Source: Sminthopsis crassicaudata (lineage: Eukaryota). From it: a DNA stretch of 64,000 nt. Positions 1 through 10,040 of the stretch are shown here, piece by piece. The stretch's first letter is position 1. Each line of letters starts with the position of its first letter. Below the pieces are notes generated by a model. That model was not told the DNA's origin. It did not search any database and saw only the letters and a list, made by a program, of their open reading frames with translations. The stretch is from the NCBI RefSeq assembly GCF_048593235.1, contig NC_133618.1, positions 12,626,468 through 12,690,467 of the forward strand, written 5' to 3'. The position numbers and the translations under genes are program-made.

Positions 1-379
1 AGCATAGTTGCCTGGCACACAGTAGGTGCTAAATAAATACTGACTAGATTGGATCATTGATGCCTTTCCAGATAGAGTTTTCTCAAGCTTGGGCTCCATT
101 GGCATACCTAGAAGCTGAGCTCATTTGCATATCAACATGAAGTACAGAAGCATCTGAGTGGAGGTATTAAACTTATAACCATTTATTAATCACTTACTGG
201 GAAGCAGGATTATAGAGTGGTTAGAGAATCCCTAAGCCCTGGAATCTAGACATCTCTCTGACCTAGACTACCATGTGATCCTGGCCAAATCAAAGGTTCT
301 AGGTTCTAGACCACTGACATTGCTTGAAGGGATTTCCCACACTGATGACATCTTAGTGCTACAACGATCCCCTCCTCAA

Positions 380-720
380 TGAAAAAACAAGAACAAGAAC
401 AAACAGTCCTCAAACAAGCAATCTTATTGTGGCTAAGGCAAATATAAAATAATTCTGGACCTTAAAGGATTTACTTTCTACTGGAGGAAAATATGTTCTT
501 AAATGAAAAAATAAAAACTAAACTGAAGGGAGAGAGAAGACTAGCAGGGTTTGGGAATCAGGGAAGGCTTCTAGAAGAAGGAGGAACTCTCAGGTGAGTC
601 TTTGACTAGAAAGAAACTTGAAGCAATCGAGGTCACGTTCAAGTACCTCGCAAGCAAGCAGGGCGGCATATACAAAGGTGTGGAGGTAGGAAATAGAATT
701 CCAAGGTTAAGTGTAGCGAG
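380..720 (-). mobile_element. L2 LINE fragment
   Basis: atcagggaaggcttctagaagaagg... and atacaaaggtgtggaggtaggaaa resemble the reverse strand of the L2 3' region; an L2/MIR-type 3' end (gcctggcacacagtaggtgctaaataaat) lies at 10-40. Confidence 0.55.
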
Positions 721-1802
721 CTGTTGTCTCCAGAAGCTGCTGGATTGCTCTCTGGGAAGAGATCTGCTATGTCTACTCAAATCTCTCAGACAGATTCTTC
801 TTCCTGTAGGGAACCGTTGTCTCCAGGCAGTTGCCGTTAACTCTTATCCAGAGAAGTGAGAGAGCCCGTCAGGCCTGATGTAATGCAGAGACTTCTCCTC
901 TTCCTGGAGTGCTGTCCTCCAGCCCTTGTCCTTCCCCAGTCCAGAATGCTTGTCCAGGCCTAATGTTGCCTCTTTTATCCTCCCAGAGAATGGGCGTGGG
1001 ATAATGCAAAGGCTTCTGGGAAGAACCACTTCAACCAATGAGCTTGCTCCTTCTAGGATTCCCTTTACAGGTCTGAGCCAGAGAACTGTCAGGTCAACCA
1101 GAGTTCTCACCTTGTAATTGTCCAGACAACCTGAATTCTCACCTAGTAATCCTAACAGTTAAGGGAATAACTAGTGATTCAGTTTGGTTCCAATGAAAAA
1201 TGGTTGAAGAATAATATGGGAAAACTGAAGAGAACACATTTGTTAGAATTTGTAAATAGAAATCATATAGGCTTTGAGAATGCAAAAATATTATGGGGAT
1301 TGATGGGCACTTTTCTTTGTGAACAATTTGCATGTGACAGTCGATCTGGTTGATGGCATCCCTCGTGCTTTTACAGCATGGACAGTGTTGTGACTAGGAA
1401 ATCTTTTAAAAGGACAAAGAGAAAGTAGTGCTGGTTGAAAAATACTGCTTTTCCCCAGGTGCTGAGGGAGGGCCCTATACGCTTCCTCAGCCCGGGATTT
1501 CAACTCTTGCTAGCTGACACCAGAATCTGCTGACGCTACCTCACTTTGCTTTTAGCTTTTCAGGCAAATCTGCAGAGAAATCCAGATGTCAGGCAGTGGG
1601 TGGGTGGGGGAAGGAGAAGACTCGCATGTTATCTACCAGATCCACAAGTTATATTCTCCCATGAGGGGCCTACCCTATCAGGCAGAGGACCTGACATAAT
1701 TCCAGCCAGAGTGAGCCGTCTTATCTCTCAAATAAAATTTGAACCATGACCTCCTCTTGGACTTCCTCTCCCTTTCTGAGAGAGTCCCACCAGGTTTATG
1801 AC

Positions 1803-1920
1803 CAGAGATTTGGTGATGGAAAGTACCATCAAGTCCAAATCCCTCATTTTACAGATGAGGAAACTGAGGCCCCAAATCACATATAGCAAGAAGCAAGTCC
1901 AAATGACCTTTCTACTATAG
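1803..1920 (-). mobile_element. MIR3/CORE-SINE fragment
   Basis: ccctcattttacagatgaggaaactgaggccc CORE motif (reverse orientation). Confidence 0.75.
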
Positions 1921-2789
1921 TAGAAAGATATCCTTGTAAGAGGAATGGTAATTGTTAAAATTGTTAGGCAAGGGAAGAACGGCACCAAAATGCTTCCTTA
2001 GCTGGTGACTTGTTTAGGGCTTCTCTGCAAAGAGCAGGAGTTAAGGGTTTTGCTAATCCTAATTTGTTAAAGGACTGTTCCTTTATTTATTTATTTGTCT
2101 GTTTATTTATTTATTTTTCATATGGTTTACATTTGTGATGTGGGAAAACTGCATCTAGTGGGAGGATAGAAACTGACTTTGAGATTTCAGTTGGGGAAAG
2201 TTATGTAGCAGGCCAAGCCAGGGCGGATGTTCCAATGGAGAGATGCTTATTATACTTCTATCATGTATTATTATTATATGGATAATATTATCATATCTAT
2301 CATACAGACCTGCCTACGCACCCATCTACGTACTGAGCTGGAACTAGGGCAGGTGACCTGGGCTTTTTCTAGGGGGCTGACATCCAAGGGAGTGATACAT
2401 TGAATTCTAGTGAGGACTCCATTTATTCAGCATCCTTGTTGCAGGTATCTTTCCAGAAACATCAGGTGAGTTTTCCCAAGTCCACTCCAGCCCTGACCCA
2501 CTCTATTTCTATATCTCTCCCTTTTTTCCAGAAGCACATTCTACGGTGGCCATCTTGTGGCCTTGTTTTTGCTGTTCCCCTCCTCCCCATTGGTCAGTCT
2601 GTGTCCTGACAATGGAAATATCTGCTCTCAACCTCATTGCTTCTCTTCCCAAGTTGAATTTACCCTTCTGATTTGCTAGTCACAACACTGTCCATGTAAA
2701 TACTGAGTGCCTGGAAGACCTTCCCTGCCCCCTCCCACAATGGTGATGATTTTCATTTATTTGCCACCTAAAGGGTGGAATTAAATCAC

Positions 2790-2956
2790 AGAATCAGAGC
2801 TTCGGAGTTGGAAAGAACCTCAGAGCTCGTCTGATCCAAATTCCTCATTTTACAGTTGAAATTGCAGCTGAGTGGTTAAATAGTTTGTCCTGAGTCAGAA
2901 GTGGCAGGGTCTGGATTGGAACCCGGTCCTCTGGTCCCAAAGTCAAGCCTCTAGAC
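2790..2956 (-). mobile_element. MIR3 SINE (host of the hAT MITE)
   Basis: agagcttcggagttggaaagaacctcagagctc...ttcctcattttacag...ggattggaacccggtcctctgg. Confidence 0.7.
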
Positions 2957-3121
2957 CAGTGGTCCTCAAACTTTTTAAGTAGGGGGCCAGTTCACTGTCC
3001 CTCAGACTGTGAGAGGCCGGACGAGTAAAAACAAAAGCTCACACTTTGTCTCCCCCCTCAGCCCATTTGCCAAAACTCTGCCGCTGCATCTGGCCCACAG
3101 GCCATAGTTTGAGAACCCCTG
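2957..3121 (+). mobile_element. hAT/Charlie non-autonomous DNA transposon (MITE), OC1/OposCharlie1-like, 165 bp
   Basis: 16-bp TIRs CAGTGGTCCTCAAACT / AGTTTGAGAACCCCTG (2 mismatches); 8-bp TSD CTCTAGAC (2949-2956) / ATCTAGAC (3122-3129) fitting NTCTAGAN; internal ggccagttcactgtccctcagactgt matches recalled OC1 MITE consensus. Confidence 0.88.
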
Positions 3122-4984
3122 ATCTAGACCTTTACCATAGGAGGCTGCCCCACCATCCCTAAGGAGGGAGGCCGCTTGTGTTTGGGCCAGGCCACCTTAT
3201 TGTCAAACCTGTGTTCTCTGGCCTTTTCCCAAGAATGGCACCTAAGGTAAAGGCGCCTAAAGCTGCTTCCCTCCCTGGGCCGCCAGAGGCATCCGTTTGA
3301 AAATCATGGACTATGGGAGTCACTCTGATAGTTTTTCTGACCTTGACTGGGGTGGGGGGCAGAGCCTTTTGTTTGGGCACTGGGGAGACTACTTCCCTTC
3401 CTCCCTTCTTGCCCTTCCTCCTCCCAGTACCTTCCACCTTCTATCCTTTGGGCTGCCTGCTGGAGGCCTCCTTCCTTGTCTCTCCATTATTCCTGCTGGA
3501 GTTCCTTTAAAGGTGGGGGTGGTTAGGACCTCCTCAGATCTGCTGCTTGCTTTGGAGGAGAGGGGAAGTGAGCTTTTGGGGACTCTCAGGGATTTGGGGG
3601 CAGCCAGGCTTCTCCCTGTAGGGTATCTTAGGGCCCCTGGCTTGACTGAGGAATGGTGAAGGGTTGCTGGAGCTCGGGAAGATCTCCCCTCGGGTCTAGA
3701 TTTGGAGTCATAAATTGAGGGCTGCCTGGGCCTCGGCCGATCTAGCTCTGTACCCCACCTTTACAGGTGAGGAGCTGACTTGCCAAGGACACCCAGGTAA
3801 CAAGCAGCACGGGGGGGGGGGGGCAGCATTTGGGCCTCAGGGCTCTGATTTTAAGGCCATTCCCTTGATGCCACAAAGGCCCGGATCGCAATCCCAGCTT
3901 GCTGTGCGACTTCAGTGTCACTGCCCCTGGCTGGACCCCACTCTTCTCTTCCGTAAAAGACCCGATGGCCCCAGAGGAAACCTTCTAATAAATAGCTCTG
4001 GGTATGGGAGGGGCCTCCCCGGGCGGGATCGGGCCCTGGAAGGCCCCGGACTTCAGGCTGGGTGATGGGCATTTCCTGCAGCAGCATCTCACGTCGGCCT
4101 GGCTGCAGCCCAGCCTCCCCTGGCATGCCTCCCGCCCCCAGGTTCCAGAGGACCTCTCCTTCTTTTAAATGCAGCTGCCCAGCAACGGCGGCCGCGAGCC
4201 CCCTCTCCTCGCCTCCCTTCCCCGGTTTTGCATCTTGCAGAGCCCCGCCCTCCCTGGATGCTCCGCGCACTCCCCGGAGCTGGTGCGCCACGCCGGCCGC
4301 AGCATCCCCGCGCGCGGGGGGCTCGGGCTCCGCAGAGCGCAGGGCGTGGCCCGGCTGCTGCATCGCTCGCCCGCGGCTCGCGCCCCCGTTCCCTCCCTGC
4401 AGGGCGGTTCCGGCCCCCAGCGCGAGCCTTCCCGGAAGGGAGGGAGGGAGGAGGGCTGGGTCGCTGGGGCCCCTCCCGCAGCCGTCCGCCCAAGCCATTG
4501 GCTCTGCGGCAGTCACCCTACGCGGGGCCGGGGACGAGGACGGACGGGAGCTGCCAGCTCGCGGGAGAGGCGTGCATGCGCGCGTGCCCACTCCCCGCAT
4601 GCACTTCTGCAGCGGTCCCACTCCTCCCCTCCCCCCGTTCTGGCAGGGCCTCCCCCCCAGCCCCAGGGCGCTGCAGAGTCTGCCTCGGGGACTGCTGCAG
4701 CTGCAGGACTGCGGGATGGCGCGAGCGCGGCAGCGGCGGCTGCAGTTGGCGCGAGCCCCAGTCCCCGGCCGCCCCAGCCCCGGGCCTCGCTCGGCTCCCG
4801 GGCCCAGCCCCTCATTGCACCACTTGCTTAGTCATTTGCATACCCCTTTCGCCTCAGCCAATCAGCGCCCGCCCCCGCCGAAGCGGACGGCTTTTGCCGA
4901 GGAGGAAAGGGAGTGGTTGGTGGCGCATGCGCCGCGGCATCAGCCTGGAACCCAGGCTTTTATTGCTGTCTCTACGCCCGCACC

Positions 4985-5263
4985 CCCCCTCCCATCTCTC
5001 TCGCGCTCTCCCTCTCCCTCCCTCTCTCCCTCTCTCTCTCTCTCTCTTTTTTGCTCTGAGCCGGGGTTGGGCTTGGAGCAGAGGAAGAAAGAGAGGCAGC
5101 CAGAGCGCGGGTCGCATTCGCTCCCCGTCGGCGCCCTCGGCTAGCAGCCTCCGCACCCGCCCGCCCGTTCCTGCATCCTGCAGAGAGCCGGGCTCCTCTC
5201 CGGGCACCCGCGGCCGGCCGAGCGGCAGTTCCTTGCGGTTTCTGGTCCCCGAGCGCGAGCGCG
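4985..5263 (+). other. DPYSL2: DPYSL2 exon 1 5'UTR (start approximate) with pyrimidine/(CT)9 repeat
   Basis: ATG-free stretch before 5264; (CT)9 at 5030-5047 followed by a T-run and gaggaagaaagagag, resembling the human DPYSL2B 5'UTR as recalled; TSS not determinable from sequence. Confidence 0.65.
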
Positions 5264-5302
5264 ATGTCTTATCAGGGGAAGAAAAACATTCCGCGCATCA
5301 CG
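5264..5302 (+). CDS. DPYSL2: DPYSL2/CRMP2 short (B) isoform coding exon 1 (MSYQGKKNIPRIT, codons 1-13)
   Basis: ATG at 5264 (gcgATGt), 13 codons giving the canonical CRMP N-terminus; donor gtgagt at 5303; lies inside a CpG island. Confidence 0.98.
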
Positions 5303-5799
5303 GTGAGTCCGGGGACGGAGGCGCCCTTTGTGCGGCGGCGAGAAGGGAGAGGGCGGGCGGGAGCGGGGGAGAGATTAGTGGGGATCCCTCCCCAGGACTA
5401 ATCCGCCGCTGAGCGCAGGCTTTAAGCGCGGAGCGTAATTGCATTACGGTTTCCTGCTTTGGGGGCCGAGCCTCACACGGCCCTCGGTGGCCGGGGCGGC
5501 GGGGATGCTCCAGCCCCGATTGCGCCGGTGTCGGAGCGGAGGATGCCCGGCCCGGGGGCTGCGGTGGGGCCCGGGGCGGGGCGCTCCCCCTCCCAAGAAA
5601 AGGTGTCAGCCTCCCCCTCCTCCCCTCCGGAGAAAGAAGGGTGTGTGCGGGGCGGGGTGGGTGATGGGGCAGGGGGATAATGACAGAAGAGGACGGAGGG
5701 GGAAATCCGGGACGTGCGTGTCCGGGGGGATGATGGAGAGCCCGCGAGGCTCCGTCGGTGGGGCCGTCCTCCCCCGCCCGCGGCGGGTTTTGTTACCTC

Positions 5800-6420
5800 T
5801 TTCCCTGTCTCTCATTCCTCCTTTTTCCTCCCCATCCCTGTGAGCTCTCCTCCCTCCTTCCTCTCTGCTGCTTCTTTCTCTCTCCTCCTCCCCCTGCGCA
5901 TTTCCCCTTCTCTTCTCCCTCCTCCTTCGTCCCTGGCTTCTTTTACTTCTTTCTCCCCTTCCTCATTTGTCCCCTCCTGCCCACTCCCTTTTCTCCCTTC
6001 ACCCACTTTCTCTCCCCTTATTTCCTCTTCCTTCCTCCATCCCTTTTCTTCCCCTCATCTCTTTTCTTCCTCATCATTCTCTCTCCTCCCCTCAGTCTTT
6101 TCCTCCTCCCTCATTCCCTCTCCTCCCCTCAGTCTTTTCCTCCTCTTTCAATCCCTCTCCTCCCCTCAGTCTTTTCCTCCTCTTTCAATCCCTCTCCTCC
6201 CCTCAGTCTTTTCCTCCTCTTTCAATCCCTCTCCTCCCCTCAGTCTTTTCCTCCTCTTTCAATCCCTCTCCTCCCCTCCGTTCTTTTCCTCCTCCCTCAT
6301 TCCCTCTCCTCCCCTCAGTCTTTTCCTCCTCCCTCATTCCCTCTCCTCCCATCCTTGTCTTCCCCTCCCCAATCCGTGTCCCTGGATCCGTCTCCCTCCG
6401 TCTCTCCCTCTTTCCTCCCT
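5800..6420 (+). repeat. Polypyrimidine tract containing a 37-bp minisatellite (7 copies + partial, 6081-6350)
   Basis: Unit ctctcctcccctcagtcttttcctcctctttcaatcc (variant ...ccctcattcc) starting at 6081, 6118, 6155, 6192, 6229, 6266, 6303. Confidence 0.93.
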
Positions 6421-7100
6421 GGGCTTGGCGCTCTTTCTCCTGGCGCCGCTGCTGTGGCGGGGCTCCTGGGTTCCCGAGCTCCCCATCCCTCCCCCGCTGC
6501 CCTCCTTTTGCCCGCCCGCCAGCCCCGGCTCATACAAAGAGGCTCTCGCCGTCAGGGCAGCGCCGGGTGTTTGTCCGGAGGGAATGGCGCTGCTCCCGAG
6601 CCCGAGCGGAACAGATGGCCCCTGAGCTGCCGTCCCCTCCAGCCCCGCACAAAACAATGATGACAAAGGGTGGGAGGATGCTGCGGCCGCCGCTGCTGCT
6701 GCCTCCTCTTCCCCTCCCCCCTCCTCCTCCCTCCTTTTACAAATCATCACAAAAACAAATCCACGTCTTAGAGCCTCAGAGAAGGGTTTTTGCCCCCTCC
6801 CCGCCCCCATCGTCCTCCCTGGACACATCTCGCCAGCTCTTGTGCATCCCTGAGTGGGGGGGGGGGAGCGGGAGCGGGAGCGGGAGGGCCGGAGGGAGGG
6901 AGGGAGGGCGGTCATTGTTATGTAACTCTGTGTTTTTCTCCAGTCCGGTCCCAATTTCTGGGTAGAAGGCTGAGGAAGAGGCCTTGGACCGGTCCCCAGC
7001 GGAAGGATGCTCGCGCTGGGCCATCCTCCGGGCCTCTCTCCCTGCAGGGAGAGTCCGGCCTCCCCAACCGGAGGGCACACCCATCTCTGCTTCTTTCCTT
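6420..7100. promoter_or_regulatory. Second CpG/GC-rich block in intron 1 (candidate alternative promoter or enhancer)
   Basis: CpG-dense, G-runs, SOX-type motifs (aacaatg, acaaag near 6653-6668; cattgtt near 6914-6920). Confidence 0.45.
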
Positions 7101-7474
7101 CCTGGGAGAAGGGGGGGGGGAGAGGGCGCCCAGATGCATGTGAAGCTGGAATTTGGGTGGGAGATCTCTGTGGGCCGACCTGAGGGGGAACTGGCTGCTC
7201 CTTAACCCAGGGATGGGCATTTCCCCGCCCTCCTCCATGGCGACCCTTCTCTCCTGGAAAAATAATCTCTCTCACTCTGTAAGAGCTCCGGGGTGGGGGG
7301 GGGCTGGCTGGCTGGGTGAAGCATGGGGGCGTTGCACCCCATTTAAGCCCCATTTAAGGAGGCCTCACTAAGTGAAAAAAAATGTATTTTAAAAAGGAAA
7401 GGGGAGGGAGAATGGCAAGTCAATGTAAAGCCTCGCCTTTGGAAAGACTTTAGTGTTATTTTTCATAAAAAAAG

Positions 7475-9822
7475 CAAAAAATAAATAAAATCAGATTTTT
7501 TCCCCCTCTCTTCCATTCTCTCCCCCCTTCCCATTCCCCTTCTCCCAGTAGCATCTGTAGAATGTATGAGCCCTGTAGCATGACCTGCATGGGATGACGG
7601 AAGCTGGAAGGAACCTCAGAGATCATCTCCACTTTGGTATACAGAAACTGAAGCCAGGGAGGGTTAAAATGGTATTTTTTGTAAGAAAGAAAAAAAAATA
7701 AAATAAAGTCAGATCCTCTTCCATCCTCTCCAATTCCCCATCTCCCAGTAGCATCTGTAGCATTGTATGATTCCTCTATAGCATGACCAGCATGCTGGAA
7801 GCTGGAAGGAACCTCAGAGATCATCTCACTTTGGTATACAGAAATTGAAGCCAGGGAGGTTAAAATGGTATTTTTTTGTAAAAAAAAAAGCAAAAAAAAA
7901 ATGAAGTCAGATCCTTCCCTTCTCTTCCATTCTCCCCCCAATTCCTCATCTCCCAATAGCATCTGTAGAATGTATGATCCCTTGTAGCCTGACTAGCATG
8001 GATGACGGAAGCTGGAAGGAACTTCAGAGATCATCTCCACTTTGGTATACAGAAATTGAAGCCAGGGAGGTTAAAATGGTATTTTTCATAAAAAAATAAA
8101 CTCAGATCCTCTTCCATCCCTTCTCCAATTCCCCATCTCCCAATAGCATCTGTAGAATGTATGATCCCTTGTGTATGACCATCGTGGGATGACAGAAGCT
8201 GGAAGGAGCCTCAGAGGATCATGACTGCTTCAGTCTATAGAAACTGAAGCCCAGACATAAGAAAAGCAAAAAAATCAAATCAAATCAGATTCTTCCCTTT
8301 CTCTTCCATCCCCTCTCCAATTCCCCATCTCCAAGAGCATCTGTAGAATGTATGATCCCTTGTGTATGACCATCGTGGGATGACAGAAGCTGGAAGGAGC
8401 CTCAGAGATCATGACTGCTTCAGTCTATAGAAACTGAAGCCCAGACATAAGAAAAGCAAAAAAATCAAATCAAATCAGATTCTTCCTTTCTCTTCCATCC
8501 CTTCTCCAATTCCCCATCTCCCAAGAGCATCTGTAGAATCTATGATCCCTTGTGTATGACCATCATGGGATGACAGAAGCTGGAAGGAACCTCAGAGATC
8601 ATCTCCACTTCAGTATACAGAAACTGAAACCAGGGAGGTTAAAATGGTATATTTCATAAAAAAAAAATAAAATCAGATTCTTCCTTCTCTTCCATCTCTT
8701 CTCCAATTCCCCATCTCCCAATAGCTTCTGTAGAATGTATGATCCCTTGTGTATGACCAGGAAGGGATGACAGAAGCTGGAAGGAACCTCAGAGATCATG
8801 ACTGCTTCAGTATGTAGAAACTGAAGCCCAGACATAAGAAAAGCAAAAAAATCAAATCAAATCAGATTCTTCCTTTCTCTTCCATCCCTTCTCCAATTCC
8901 CCTTCTCCCAGTAGCATCTGGAGAATGTATGATCCTTTGTAGCCTGACCAGGAAGGGATGACAGAAGCTGGAAGGAACCTCAGAGATCACAAACATTTCA
9001 GAAACTGAAGCCCAGGGAGGTTAAAATGTTATTTTTCATAAGAAAGCAAAAAAGAAATAAAATCAGATCCTTCCCTTCTCTTCCATCCCCTCTCCAATTC
9101 CCCATCTCCCAATAGCATCTGTAGAATCTATGATCCCTTGTGTATGACCATCATGGGATGACAGAAGCTGGAAGGAACCTCAGAGATCATCTCCACTTCA
9201 GTATACAGAAACTGAAACCAGGGAGGTTAAAATGGTATATATATTTCATAAAAAAAATAAAATCAGATTCTTCCCTTCTCTTCCATTTCTTCTCCAATTC
9301 CCCATCTCCCAATAGCTTCTGTAGAATGTATGATCCCTTGTGTATGACCAGGAAGGGATGACAGAAGCTGGAAGGAGCCTCAGAGATCATGACTGCTTCA
9401 GTATGTAGAAACTGAAGCCCAGACATAAGAAAAGTAAAAAAATCAAATCAAATCAAATTCTTCCTTTCTCTTCCATCCCTTCTCCAATTCCCCTTCTCCC
9501 AGTAGCATCTGGAGAATGTATGATCCTTTGTAGCCTGACCAGGAAGGGATGACAGAAGCTGGAAGGAACCTCAGAGATCATGAACGTTTCAGAAACTGAA
9601 GCCCAGGCATAAGGATAGCAATAAAATAAAACTCCGATTCTTCCTTTCTCTTCCATCCCCTCTCCAGTTCCCCTTCTCCCAATAACAGCTGTAGAATGTA
9701 TCATCCTTTGGAGCATGACCATCATGGGATGACAGAAGCTGGAAGGAACCTCAGAGATTATGAGCACTTCAGTCTACAAAAACTGAAGTCCAGGGAGGTT
9801 AAAATGTTACTTTTCATAAGAA

Positions 9823-9870
<48 letters not shown>

Positions 9871-10040
9871 TCTTTCCCTTTGCTTCTATCTCCTCTCCAA
9901 TTCCCCATCTCCCAATAGCATCTGTAGAATCTATGATCCCTTGTGTATGACCATCATGGGATGAGAGAAGCTGGAAGGAACCTCAGAGATGATCTCCACT
10001 TCGGTATACAGAAACTGAAGCCCAGGGAGGTTAAAATGTT
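7475..10040. repeat. Tandem array of about 195-bp units (13 copies) containing a MIR3 fragment
   Basis: agctggaagga(a/g)c(c/t)tcagag recurs 13 times at 180-231 bp spacing; A-run spacers incl. A43 at 9826-9868. Confidence 0.93.

Larger units (their letters stand above)
4090..5790. promoter_or_regulatory. DPYSL2: CpG island / promoter of the DPYSL2 short isoform
   Basis: Very high GC and CpG density spanning exon 1; NF-Y boxes (ATTGG 4497-4501; AGCCAATCAG around 4858-4862), octamer ATTTGCAT 4834-4841, NRF1 palindrome GCGCATGCGC 4923-4932, GC boxes. Confidence 0.88.

Noticed and set aside
844-1117. Overlapping 63-88-aa ORFs next to the L2 fragment
   Set aside because: No recognisable retroviral or cellular homology, no supporting splice structure.
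1-4000. First exon of the long CRMP2A isoform or a neighbouring gene
   Set aside because: No ORF resembling the CRMP2A N-terminal extension or another known protein; in eutherians that exon lies far upstream, so it is probably outside the window.
3851-5412. Long overlapping ORFs (256-394 aa) on both strands
   Set aside because: Stop-codon-poor GC-rich CpG island; P/R/A/G-biased translations without recognisable domains; the real CDS here is only 5264-5302.
5714-7353. ORFs of 300-339 aa (S/P/L/F-rich or R/E/G-rich)
   Set aside because: Translations of the polypyrimidine minisatellite and GC block.
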